Source of the DNA: a virus
Taxonomy: Duplodnaviria > Caudoviricetes
Virus record (IMG/VR): IMGVR_UViG_3300020042_006894
Span: 1 to 37,065 of that record
DNA: 37,065 bases
Reading direction: 5' to 3' (one strand)
Shown: piece by piece, positions 1 through 8,004 of the stretch
Position numbering within the stretch: the first letter of the stretch is position 1
Layout of the letters: the number at the start of each line of letters is the position of its first letter
Notes under the pieces: generated by a model
What the model was told of the DNA's origin: nothing
Databases searched by the model: none
The model's input: only the letters and a program-made list of their open reading frames with translations
Position numbers and translations under genes: made by a program

Positions 1-121
1 CTGATTTTTATCTTGACTCGCCTGCTGGTCATTATGTTTGGTGTAATCCGCCATATTCAGACATTATGCCCTGGGTAAAGAAAGCCGCTGAGCAGTCAAA
101 GCGCAACGGCATAGGCGTCGT
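1..121. repeat. Terminal direct repeat, left copy (circular overlap)
   Basis: Bases 1-121 are identical to 36945-37065 and an ORF reads through the join, so this is most likely an assembly overlap of a circular or permuted genome. Confidence 0.95.
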
Positions 122-350
122 GATGCTGGTAATGGCTGACACCTCTGTTGGCTGGTATGCTGAAGCAATCAAAACCTGTCAAGAAGTGCGCTTTGTTATC
201 GGCGGTAGATTGGCTTTTATCAATCCAGAAACAAAACTACCAGTCGGCGGAAACAACAAAGGCAGCATGTTTTTAATTTGGCATCCGTTTGCCAAAGGCG
301 ATTTGGTTATTAAGCACGTTCACCGCAGCGAATTAATTGGGAGTAAATAA
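1..350 (+). CDS. dam: Phage DNA N6-adenine methyltransferase (Dam-like), C-terminal part continuing from 36788
   Basis: In-frame VWCNPPYS (NPPY motif IV) lies just upstream of the listed ORF start; ...GRLAFINP...GNNKGSM is typical of phage Dam proteins. Confidence 0.9.
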   Translation, partial: DFYLDSPAGHYVWCNPPYSDIMPWVKKAAEQSKRNGIGVVMLVMADTSVGWYAEAIKTCQEVRFVIGGRLAFINPETKLPVGGNNKGSMFLIWHPFAKGDLVIKHVHRSELIGSK

Positions 351-351
351 C

Positions 352-873
352 ATGGCAATAGATTGGAGCAAAGCGCCTGAAGGGGCGGAGTTTTATGCTG
401 GCGAGCATTTTTGCAAGCTACATCATGATGAAGTAAGATTTTTTTCATTTGGTTCTAACAGATGGGATTATTCAGTTCATTCGCTTGGTGAATGTATTAA
501 ATTTGACGATTACCAGATGCGTCCAAAACAATGGCCAGAAACCGACGAGCGCATAACAGCGATCGCGCAGAATGGCAATACTGGCGAGCATTATCCATCA
601 CCAAAGCACGACAGCGACAAACCGCGTTACGATTTGCTGCCGCCAATTGCGATTGACTATATGGCACAAGTGCTGACGTTTGGCGCGAAGAAGTACAAGC
701 CGGAAGGCTGGCGCACAGTAGATAATGCAATACAGCGCTATCAGGCTGCATTGTTGCGCCACTCATTCGCCATGTTGAAAGGTGAAGTGCTAGACCCTGA
801 AAGCGGATTGCCACACGCTGCCCATGCGATGTGTTGCGCTGCTTTTATTGCGGAGTTACAAGGCGAAAAATAA
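352..873 (+). CDS. dATP/dGTP diphosphohydrolase domain protein (DUF5664-type) with N-terminal IDWSKAPEGA domain
   Basis: KHDSDKPRYDLLP...VLTFGAKKY...W...AALLRH...DPESGLPHAAHA signature; GGAG upstream of ATG 352. Confidence 0.8.
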   Translation: MAIDWSKAPEGAEFYAGEHFCKLHHDEVRFFSFGSNRWDYSVHSLGECIKFDDYQMRPKQWPETDERITAIAQNGNTGEHYPSPKHDSDKPRYDLLPPIAIDYMAQVLTFGAKKYKPEGWRTVDNAIQRYQAALLRHSFAMLKGEVLDPESGLPHAAHAMCCAAFIAELQGEK

Positions 874-886
874 TTCGCCTTTTTTT
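860..886 (+). terminator. Intrinsic terminator
   Basis: AAGGCGAA-aaataa-TTCGCCTT stem followed by a T run. Confidence 0.8.
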
Positions 887-896
887 GATTTATCAC

Positions 897-925
897 TTGA
901 CCGTTATCGGTATCGGTATTATATT
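897..925 (+). promoter_or_regulatory. Sigma70-type early promoter
   Basis: TTGACC-17 bp-TATATT; the spacer contains tandem TATCGG repeats. Confidence 0.75.
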
Positions 926-970
926 AAATCCATCACAGGCAATAATGCCGACAACGGAAGGAAAGAGAAA

Positions 971-1213
971 ATGAACAACCAAGCCAAACTGCAAGTGTTA
1001 GAGTCAAAGCTGCAAGCTGTTTTATCAAAAAAAGTTGAGCTTGACGACATCCCTCGTTTTGTTGAGTGTCGTGTTGATGTTCTTATGCTTTGCAGCGAGG
1101 CTTGGTTTGATCTGTATTATGACCTGCAAAAGCAGCTTGAGTCATCAATCGAGTTTGTTAAAGCTCAGATTCTACTTGAGCAAATGCTGTCGCTCGACGT
1201 TACCAAGATTTAA
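971..1213 (+). CDS. Hypothetical early protein (80 aa)
   Basis: AAGGAAAG RBS then ATG 971, directly downstream of the promoter. Confidence 0.7.
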   Translation: MNNQAKLQVLESKLQAVLSKKVELDDIPRFVECRVDVLMLCSEAWFDLYYDLQKQLESSIEFVKAQILLEQMLSLDVTKI

Positions 1214-1259
1214 CAACCGCGCCGCCAGTCGCTAACTGGCAATCAACCGGAGCAATAAA

Positions 1260-1595
1260 ATGAAACCAACAAAAGAAATCGCCAAGGCATACAACCTGTC
1301 GCCAAACAGCGTTAAAAAATGGTCTGTAGCTAAGCGTGAGCGCGCATCAACCTTGATTGATATGCAAATCAACCCAGTTATTATGCAACTAACAGGTGAG
1401 CTTTACGCGGCATGTTTTGCCACTAGCAACATGAACAATAAGCTAATCGCCAATGTGTTCACCAAAGACGGTTACGGTCATTTCAGCGTGTCTGTGCTTG
1501 ATGAGTCGCCGATATACTTCGTTGACCTGCAAGATTTAACCGTAGCAAACCTACAAAATGCAATTGCAAAGATAGAAGGAATTATTTATGCGTAA
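1260..1595 (+). CDS. Hypothetical protein with N-terminal HTH-like segment
   Basis: GGAG RBS; KEIAKAYNLSPNSVKKW is HTH-like. Confidence 0.65.
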   Translation: MKPTKEIAKAYNLSPNSVKKWSVAKRERASTLIDMQINPVIMQLTGELYAACFATSNMNNKLIANVFTKDGYGHFSVSVLDESPIYFVDLQDLTVANLQNAIAKIEGIIYA

Positions 1596-1710
1596 TGATC
1601 GCCGGAAGTGTTTCAAGTCTCGCTTCTTTGAAGGCTTGGCTTGGTGTGTGCCGACAATGTTGCTTTTCTTTTATGTGATTTACGTGTTTTTTATGGAGTT
1701 GTCAAAATGA
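1588..1710 (+). CDS. Small membrane peptide (40 aa, not in ORF track)
   Basis: AAGGA RBS; MRNDRRKCFKSRFFEGLAWCVPTMLLFFYVIYVFFMELSK; stop overlaps the next ATG (ATGA). Confidence 0.55.
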   Translation: MRNDRRKCFKSRFFEGLAWCVPTMLLFFYVIYVFFMELSK

Positions 1711-2153
1711 GCGGAAAACTTGTATCGGTTTACTCTGTAGGCTGCGAGCATATCTCAATGCCTGAAAGCGCAATTCACTTTGAGACAATGAAATTTGCAC
1801 CAAGATTTAGCTTAAGAGATTTTGATGCCATGCCTGATTTTGCTCAAAAAGTTTGCGTTGAGCGGTGGCCTGTTGTTGAGTTTAGAAATGCTGCTGACGG
1901 CGAATGGCCGTTTAGAGAACAGCCAGAATTCCCTCCGCTGTTCAAAAGTACATTTGTAGCGGTTGATCCTGAGCTTGAGCGGCTGATTTCCATCAAGTAC
2001 AAAAGTGAAATTGATACAGCAAAATCAAAGGCGCTAGTAGCAATAAGAAGCCTAGAGAAAATGCAGGGCAGTATCAATAAGTTCTTGGCGCTGCCTTGGC
2101 ATGTACGAGTGTGGCAATCTGTATTTACTAAAAACTTGGAGTTGTCGAAATGA
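1707..2153 (+). CDS. Hypothetical protein
   Basis: GGAG RBS; ATGA-coupled at both ends. Confidence 0.7.
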   Translation: MSGKLVSVYSVGCEHISMPESAIHFETMKFAPRFSLRDFDAMPDFAQKVCVERWPVVEFRNAADGEWPFREQPEFPPLFKSTFVAVDPELERLISIKYKSEIDTAKSKALVAIRSLEKMQGSINKFLALPWHVRVWQSVFTKNLELSK

Positions 2154-2320
2154 ATACAACACTTGCAATTTTCTTTGTTATCGCAGCAATCGCTTTGATT
2201 GCATTAGTTATCCGCGATGCTCGCAAAGATGCACGCCGGATTGAAGAGAATGACCGTATTCGTGCAGACTTTGAGAAGTTTCTGCGCACTGGAAATGACA
2301 AGCCTTGGGGTCAGAAATGA
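2150..2320 (+). CDS. Small protein with N-terminal TM helix (56 aa, not in ORF track)
   Basis: MNTTLAIFFVIAAIALIALVIRDARKD...; GGAG RBS; ATGA coupling on both sides. Confidence 0.65.
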   Translation: MNTTLAIFFVIAAIALIALVIRDARKDARRIEENDRIRADFEKFLRTGNDKPWGQK

Positions 2321-2700
2321 GCAGAGTAATCAAGTTTAGAGCGTGGAATGCAAAGCATAAATACATGGATGATACCGTATTTATCCGCACTTGCGATGGC
2401 GCAGTATTTGACGTTCCAAATGTAAGGTATGACACTCCAAATACGGAAATTGAATTAAGCAATGATTTGGTAATTATGCAATTCACTGGACTGTCAGACA
2501 TCAACGGCGTTGAGATTTATGAGGGCGATATAGTAAGCGTTGCCGGACATGGGAATTGCGAAGTCAAAATAACTACTTACTTTGGAGTTGTTTATGTTGA
2601 CTCTGATGGCTACGAAGCGACTCATTATGACTGTGCCGCTGAACAAGACTACCCGACAATTATCGGCAACATCTACCAAAATCCGGAGCTATTAAAATGA
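2317..2700 (+). CDS. YopX family protein
   Basis: IKFRAW...MQFTGLSDINGVEIYEGDIV...IIGNIYQNPELL signature. Confidence 0.9.
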   Translation: MSRVIKFRAWNAKHKYMDDTVFIRTCDGAVFDVPNVRYDTPNTEIELSNDLVIMQFTGLSDINGVEIYEGDIVSVAGHGNCEVKITTYFGVVYVDSDGYEATHYDCAAEQDYPTIIGNIYQNPELLK

Positions 2701-2909
2701 AAGGCCTAGCCGAAGCAAAAGCCGCCATCATCAGGGCGCGAAATCAAGATGAATTATACAAAGCCGTTGAGTCTATCTGTTTCGATTCAGGCTATCGTTT
2801 CGCCGACGATTGCGATTTGTTAGAAAATGCCGAGTTTGCGAAATTGCAGAATAAGCCTGGGGTTTCTGAACTTTTACGATTTGCAGATATTTGGGAGCGG
2901 AAGTTATGA
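2697..2909 (+). CDS. Hypothetical protein
   Basis: GGAG RBS, ATGA coupling. Confidence 0.65.
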   Translation: MKGLAEAKAAIIRARNQDELYKAVESICFDSGYRFADDCDLLENAEFAKLQNKPGVSELLRFADIWERKL

Positions 2910-3277
2910 ACCTAAAATCCCAAATCATGGCAGCAATAGAGCAAGGCTTAACCAATAAGAAAATCGTCGAGCAAGTGCCAACTACGCTTAATTATGTTGT
3001 GCGCGTGCGTATTCAATATAACGAAATAGCGCCGGAGCCTATTCGCTGCCCTGTGCAAGATAAGCCGAAGGAAGGCACAGCCAGCCGATTGGTTTATGAT
3101 TACTTGACTGCCAACAGAAGCGCAAAGCCAGGCGAAGTTAAGCGAGCAACAGGGGTAGATTATGGGGTTATATACTCAGTGCGCAAGCTGTTTTTTGGTC
3201 ACAAGCCGCGCGTTAACAAGTGGATTACTCAGCCTGTTGCTATGCAGACAGTTGAACTATCGGAGCTTGCAGCATGA
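2906..3277 (+). CDS. Putative DNA-binding protein (two HTH-like segments)
   Basis: EQGLTNKKIVEQVPTTLNYV and KPGEVKRATGVDYGVIYSVR; ATGA coupling. Confidence 0.6.
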   Translation: MNLKSQIMAAIEQGLTNKKIVEQVPTTLNYVVRVRIQYNEIAPEPIRCPVQDKPKEGTASRLVYDYLTANRSAKPGEVKRATGVDYGVIYSVRKLFFGHKPRVNKWITQPVAMQTVELSELAA

Positions 3278-3495
3278 ACAGCAGAGAAAAAAGAAAGCTA
3301 GAAGCTCAACAGCATAACGATGCTATAGACTATGAAAGATGGCTCAAGAAAAACGCTATATATTCAAGAGTTGAATCTGTTGAAGAGTGGCGAAAGCATG
3401 GATATACCAAAGCAAGAAGCCAAAAGCTATCAAGACATGGCGCACTTGTTCTTGCTAGTTATTATGCATTATCAGTGGGAGCGCTAACAACATGA
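3274..3495 (+). CDS. Hypothetical protein
   Basis: GGAG RBS, ATGA coupling. Confidence 0.6.
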   Translation: MNSREKRKLEAQQHNDAIDYERWLKKNAIYSRVESVEEWRKHGYTKARSQKLSRHGALVLASYYALSVGALTT

Positions 3496-3635
3496 ACCAA
3501 CCAAAAACAGCAGTAATTCGCATCCTTAAAACTGGCGAGCTAGTAACCGTCAGAAGTTACGGGTCCGGATGGATCGACGCAAAAGGCAATCTGCACCACA
3601 AAACAACAGCGAAATTGGTGAAAGTAAATGGCTAA
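3492..3635 (+). CDS. Small hypothetical protein (47 aa, not in ORF track)
   Basis: GGGAG RBS; MNQPKTAVIRILKTGELVTVRSYGSGWIDAKGNL...; fills the gap between neighbouring genes. Confidence 0.55.
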   Translation: MNQPKTAVIRILKTGELVTVRSYGSGWIDAKGNLHHKTTAKLVKVNG

Positions 3636-4080
3636 CTTAAATTTAGTATCACAGGAAGATAAGCACCTGATCGCAGAGCTTGCAAAGTCCAACATGACAG
3701 CGAGTCTTATCGGTAATAAGTTTGGGTTCAAAGCAACCAAGGTTGTAGCTATCTGTGAATCTATGGGCGTTAAAGTCCGATACAACCAGCGCAGCAGCAA
3801 AGATGCGCGATTGCTTGAAATGATTAAGTCACAGAAGTATTCAGCTAACTTCATTGCGTCAAGTCTTGGCATGTGCGCAAATACCGTAAGAGCTGCACAG
3901 CGCAATCTTGGCTTGACCTATTCTGAAGCGGTGAAGAAGCGCAATGCCAAGATTAAGCAAGTCTATACACTCTGTAAAGACGGAATGACAACAAAAGAAG
4001 CCTGCGCCGTTGTCGGCGTCACTGTGTCGATGTATAACCGATTGAAATACGAAATCGGATTGATAAAGAAAGGCGCTTGA
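3628..4080 (+). CDS. Multi-HTH DNA-binding protein, possible regulator
   Basis: Basic protein with three HTH-like repeats (TASLIGNKFG, SANFIASSLGMCANTV, TTKEACAVVGVTVSMY). Confidence 0.65.
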   Translation: MANLNLVSQEDKHLIAELAKSNMTASLIGNKFGFKATKVVAICESMGVKVRYNQRSSKDARLLEMIKSQKYSANFIASSLGMCANTVRAAQRNLGLTYSEAVKKRNAKIKQVYTLCKDGMTTKEACAVVGVTVSMYNRLKYEIGLIKKGA

Positions 4081-4088
4081 TGCGCCTT
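4070..4088. terminator. Hairpin at the convergence of the two genome arms (possible bidirectional terminator)
   Basis: AAGGCGC-ttgat-GCGCCTT spans the two convergent stop codons. Confidence 0.6.
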
Positions 4089-4392
4089 ATCTTATTACCA
4101 AACTATTCTGCAACACTCTCAACTTTTCACCGGATAGTAAATATCCATCATCGAATTGCGCAGAGAATCCGACAATCTCAGGATAGTAACTGCCTGGAGC
4201 TAAAGCTGTAGTGTCACCAATCGACAAAACCAAAGCATTGCCGTCAATGTCCAGCTCTGCGCTGCCGCTTGTGTAAGTCTCGCCACCTAAACTAACAGTG
4301 ATTGAAGTAAACGACGCAAGTGTAACGTCACCTGTGAACGTGAATTCAATCCTTGCTGGATTGTCCTTGCCTTTGATAATCACGTTTTGCAT
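4087..4392 (-). CDS. Small beta-rich (Ig/BppU-like) virion or adaptor protein
   Basis: Last gene of the late operon; alternating beta-strand pattern, LAPGSYY. Confidence 0.5.
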   Translation of the reverse strand: MQNVIIKGKDNPARIEFTFTGDVTLASFTSITVSLGGETYTSGSAELDIDGNALVLSIGDTTALAPGSYYPEIVGFSAQFDDGYLLSGEKLRVLQNSLVIR

Positions 4393-4400
4393 AGTGTCAC

Positions 4401-4823
4401 CTATGACGCTGAAATCAATGGCGAGGCTAATTGGATCCGATGCGTGTCACCTGATGCTAAAGTGATTGCACTGCCGAAGTTCCAAAACGCGATCAGCTCT
4501 TTGTTAGTTGCTGTGTCGTTATACAAAACAGCGTATTGATATGGCCCAACCGCACCAGTTGCTGTGATTGTCGTATCAACCGAAACAGCTAGCGAGTATG
4601 TGCCGCCCGTTTGACTTGATGCCGTAACAGTTACAGCAATGCCGCCTGCTGTGTAGCCATTACCGCCTGCAATCTCAGCAACATCTGCTTTGACATTGCT
4701 TGCTGATGCGCTTGGCGTTGCGTTGGTTAAATAAACCTTTAGCGAGTCAGAAGAAAGGTTGTGCTTCTTCTCGTAAACCGCCTCGATAAACGATTGGATC
4801 TTTGTTGCCGTTAGTGTTGCCAT
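4401..4823 (-). CDS. Conserved ~140-aa virion fibre subunit-like protein
   Basis: HNLSSDSLKVYLTN...GYTAGG...GPYQYAVLYNDT...LIAFWNFGSAITL..GDT, a pattern recognised from aquatic phage structural proteins. Confidence 0.6.
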   Translation of the reverse strand: MATLTATKIQSFIEAVYEKKHNLSSDSLKVYLTNATPSASASNVKADVAEIAGGNGYTAGGIAVTVTASSQTGGTYSLAVSVDTTITATGAVGPYQYAVLYNDTATNKELIAFWNFGSAITLASGDTHRIQLASPLISAS

Positions 4824-5494
4824 GTTATCTCCAAAATATCTGCTGCATAGCCTGCGCTGATGCCGTTGTTTGCATAAGCCGCAGCAATAGCGCTATCGGC
4901 AAACTTAATTGTATAACCTTCAATCGTTACTGTCACTTCACCGCTGCGAGTTGACGTTAGTTGTCCAACAGTTGACGAATAAACTGCACCGGATAAAGCA
5001 GAGTTGTAACCAAGTCCAGCGGTCATTGAACCAATCGAGCTATTGAACGCAATACCATTTAAAACGCTTGCGCGCTGCACTGTTGACATCATCTCGCCAA
5101 GGCTTGACGTATACAGCAGACTATCCAATAAGCTGTCATAGCCTGATGCGCTTGTCGTGGTTGACGTCAAGTCGCCAATCGAGCTTGAGTAAGTCGAAGC
5201 GCTCAACACCGACGAATAGCCGCGAGTAGCTGTTAAGCTGCCTACAGAGCTTGTGAAGCTGATGCTGCTTAATGTGCTTTCATAGCCTATAGCCGCTGTC
5301 AGATTGCCAACGCTGCTGCTATAGCTTGCACCTGATAGTGTGTCAGCCTTTGATCGCTCTGATGTTAGCGAGCCAGTAGAGCTAGTGAAGGTAACGCCGC
5401 TTAATGTGTCGTCATAAGTAGTGCCACCACCACCGCCTGAAAAGCTCGCAACAGTGCCAAGCTGCATCAACCCATTATGCGCTAGCCCGTACAT
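4811..5494 (-). CDS. Ser/Thr-rich repeat protein (7 x ~22 aa), putative fibre scaffold
   Basis: Repeat consensus Y/xxSxLSxxx[YF]xSSxGxLT visible in the translation. Confidence 0.65.
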   Translation of the reverse strand: MYGLAHNGLMQLGTVASFSGGGGGTTYDDTLSGVTFTSSTGSLTSERSKADTLSGASYSSSVGNLTAAIGYESTLSSISFTSSVGSLTATRGYSSVLSASTYSSSIGDLTSTTTSASGYDSLLDSLLYTSSLGEMMSTVQRASVLNGIAFNSSIGSMTAGLGYNSALSGAVYSSTVGQLTSTRSGEVTVTIEGYTIKFADSAIAAAYANNGISAGYAADILEITWQH

Positions 5495-5976
5495 TTAATG
5501 GCCCAAAGTTCTTGCAAGCGGTGCAATTCTCCGGTGTCAGGTAAAGCCTTAACTTTATCCTCTAGCGCATCTTTTGCGCCTTGCAATCTGCCGTACAGCA
5601 CAGAGAATAACTCAGCTTTAGCTTTCACCTTCATCACTAGAGTTTCAACTTCAATTCCGCGAGCTTGAGCCATTGCAGCAAGCATCGAGATTGGCCGATA
5701 GCCATGCGCCTCACTTACTTGCACCGACCATGAGTCGCGCTCTACTTGTGTAGTTCCTGCGGTTAGCTTTTCCACTTCAGCCTGAAACCATTCGTTGATC
5801 TCGATTAGCTTCTTGGCTTTCTCTGCACCCCAAGGATTGTAAGCTGCAATCAGGTTGTTTACTCTCTCGTCGCTTGCGTTTGATAGCCATTCGCCGCTTT
5901 GTGATTGCTCAATAAATACGCCTTCTTTCGCTAGGTATTCATGCAAACCAATGCCAAGCTCGATGTAGTTAATCAT
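5482..5976 (-). CDS. Tail fibre assembly/chaperone-like protein
   Basis: ERDSWxxQxxEA...LAAMAQARGI...LVxKVxAKA...GRLQG motif, typical of genes downstream of fibre genes. Confidence 0.6.
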   Translation of the reverse strand: MINYIELGIGLHEYLAKEGVFIEQSQSGEWLSNASDERVNNLIAAYNPWGAEKAKKLIEINEWFQAEVEKLTAGTTQVERDSWSVQVSEAHGYRPISMLAAMAQARGIEVETLVMKVKAKAELFSVLYGRLQGAKDALEDKVKALPDTGELHRLQELWAIKCTG

Positions 5977-6842
5977 TGGATACCACCTCTAAACATAACC
6001 TGTGGAGCGCCTGAGTTCATTATAACAGGCATATCTCCGCGAGTGGTTGACGGAAGCGCTGTGAATGATGGCGCGTTGTCGTTGTACCAATAAGAGACAG
6101 GATTATATTGATAGCTATTGCCTGAAATACCCATATCCATTAAGTTTGTACCGCCTGCCATTAATTTCGGCGCACCATTACTGATAACTGCGAAACCGTA
6201 AACGCCTTGACCGAGTTTTAAAGTTGTTGTAATTGGCTTAATGCCTGTAGTGCTAACATCGACAGCGCCAAGGTCAGTTAATAACGTGAAGTTGGTATCG
6301 TAACCGTTTCCGCCGTCTGGCTGTTTTAGCAGGTTATAAAGACCAATGCGAGCGGACGAGCTTGCAGCCAATAAAGTTACAGTAATGCCAATTGAAGATA
6401 GCTTAATTGGAGCTTGCACAATGATTGGCACAATGTAAAGTCTGTTTGCAGTGAGCGTTATCTCGCCGCGTATACCTATTGTTGGCCCTGGAAGTTGCCA
6501 GTTGACATTGTTAAGCATCCTGCCGCCGTAACCTCTTGCGTCAGTTGGAACAAATACAAGTTTATCGCCTGCTGAGAAGTTAATCTTAGCCGTTGTGCCT
6601 AGCGAGTTGTTAAACACGTTTTGACGCACAAGCGTAGTTGATGCGCTTAAGTAACCTTCGCCGCTTTCCCAATTGCCGGAAGTGTCGCGGATCATGTAAG
6701 GAAATACGTGATTGGTACCGTAAAAGCTGTTGAAGGTCAAATTTCCGGTATTGAAAGTGCCTGACTGTGACCAAGCACCTGCAAGCGTGAAGTTGCCTGT
6801 GCCAGTGCTTGTGCTTGTCTCTGCAATGTTATTTGCGCTCAT
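5973..6842 (-). CDS. Second fibre/receptor-binding-like protein
   Basis: N-terminal ETSTSTGTGNFTLAGA...WESGEG...TLVR...INFSAGDK domain common in phage fibres; beta-rich C-terminus. Confidence 0.6.
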   Translation of the reverse strand: MSANNIAETSTSTGTGNFTLAGAWSQSGTFNTGNLTFNSFYGTNHVFPYMIRDTSGNWESGEGYLSASTTLVRQNVFNNSLGTTAKINFSAGDKLVFVPTDARGYGGRMLNNVNWQLPGPTIGIRGEITLTANRLYIVPIIVQAPIKLSSIGITVTLLAASSSARIGLYNLLKQPDGGNGYDTNFTLLTDLGAVDVSTTGIKPITTTLKLGQGVYGFAVISNGAPKLMAGGTNLMDMGISGNSYQYNPVSYWYNDNAPSFTALPSTTRGDMPVIMNSGAPQVMFRGGIQ

Positions 6843-7059
6843 TAAGCCTGTCCCATTCTATCGACTCAAAGCAGTGATTTTTCTGCCATGGTCGAAACAG
6901 TGAATTGATAAACCATTGATACAGTTTATAACGTTTTTTGTCAGTAGTCAGCGCTTTATAGCCAACATAGCCGGATATAGTTTGATCAGGGTGTGTGCCG
7001 AATAAAAGCACCGCGAAAAACTGGTCTATTGAGATTAGTAGGTTGTAGGCTCGGCTCAT
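6829..7059 (-). CDS. Conserved small phage protein next to lysis genes
   Basis: NLLISIDQ...PDQTIS...INSLF...NHC motif. Confidence 0.65.
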   Translation of the reverse strand: MSRAYNLLISIDQFFAVLLFGTHPDQTISGYVGYKALTTDKKRYKLYQWFINSLFRPWQKNHCFESIEWDRLNERK

Positions 7060-7499
7060 TTGTTAAGCAACCTTGTCTTTTCCTCACTGCCGCGAGTGGT
7101 ACCAAACCAATATTGCATTGCACCGCCCCATTCTTTAACCACGATACCAAGCAGCATAAATAAAACTTCTTTGCTGCCCTCAGGCATTTCGACGTAAAAC
7201 AGCAGGAAAACAATGCCAGCAATAAAGCATGTTAGCAGCAGCGAAAGCATTGCAGGCATCAAAGACAGCTTGTGTTCACTGCGAGCGTTTTTCTTATCGT
7301 CAGCTTCAGTCTGTAGTTGCGCCTGCGTTAGCTCAGCCAGCTTTATTTCTTTCTCATGCTCAGCTTCAGTCAATCGCATTTCAAGCTCTGCGCGCTTCTC
7401 CGGCGATAAATCCGGCGGCCAATAGTCTTTAATTAGCTCTTTGGCCTCCTTGAATAATCCGCCGCCAACGAAGTCTGTGATTTTGTCTAATAGGCTCAT
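7056..7499 (-). CDS. Putative holin
   Basis: Amphipathic N-terminus, coiled coil, two TM helices and a YWFGTTRGS tail; coupled to the endolysin gene. Confidence 0.7.
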   Translation of the reverse strand: MSLLDKITDFVGGGLFKEAKELIKDYWPPDLSPEKRAELEMRLTEAEHEKEIKLAELTQAQLQTEADDKKNARSEHKLSLMPAMLSLLLTCFIAGIVFLLFYVEMPEGSKEVLFMLLGIVVKEWGGAMQYWFGTTRGSEEKTRLLNK

Positions 7500-7882
7500 A
7501 ACAATGTCACCTCAAATTCATCCGGCAACAACGCCAGAAGTTTTGCCAAAGTATCTTTGCTGTTGGTCACATCTGGAATTGTATCTGAATCCAAGAATGT
7601 GACACTTGAGCCGACTAGGATGCAACCTTGAATCTGCCGCGTATAGTTACCCGAGTGGCATTGAATGCTTGAGCGCTGCGGCACATTGCGCAATTCAAAC
7701 ACTGAGCCATTGCGCTGACTGATGCGCTTAAATGCTTTATAAGTGCCTTTCGGAATGCAGCTTACATTCGCCTCATTCTCTAGCCATGGCAATTCCAAAG
7801 TAAAGCACTGAAACGCGCTGCCGGACAGCATGAGCCGCCCAACAGTGCAATCGTTATGATACCAGCGTTTGATTGTGATCAT
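7496..7882 (-). CDS. Putative endolysin (DUF5675 / L,D-transpeptidase-like)
   Basis: TLELPW...SCIPKGTY...R..I..HSGN....QGCILVG signature; GGAG 9 nt before ATG 7882. Confidence 0.75.
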   Translation of the reverse strand: MITIKRWYHNDCTVGRLMLSGSAFQCFTLELPWLENEANVSCIPKGTYKAFKRISQRNGSVFELRNVPQRSSIQCHSGNYTRQIQGCILVGSSVTFLDSDTIPDVTNSKDTLAKLLALLPDEFEVTLL

Positions 7883-7883
7883 G

Positions 7884-7976
7884 TTAGTCATCTCCGTTAG
7901 TATCTGAACTTCCAGAAACAAGAGCTACAAAAGCCAGAGAAAGCAAAACCCATAAGACCATAATTGACAAAATCAT
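7884..7976 (-). CDS. 30-aa single-TM peptide (not in ORF track)
   Basis: GAGGG RBS; MILSIMVLWVLLSLAFVALVSGSSDTNGDD; stop is 1 nt before the endolysin start. Confidence 0.55.
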   Translation of the reverse strand: MILSIMVLWVLLSLAFVALVSGSSDTNGDD

Positions 7977-8004
7977 AAAATCCCTCTTTATTCCCTATTT
8001 TAAC

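Noticed and set aside
352-873. 2-aminoadenine (Z) genome
   Set aside because: No PurZ, HD-domain dATPase or phage DNA polymerase was recognised, and an adenine methylase is present.
4943-5416. CRISPR-like array or diversity-generating retroelement
   Set aside because: The repeats are degenerate and at protein level, with no identical DNA repeats and spacers. No reverse transcriptase or template/variable repeat pair was seen.
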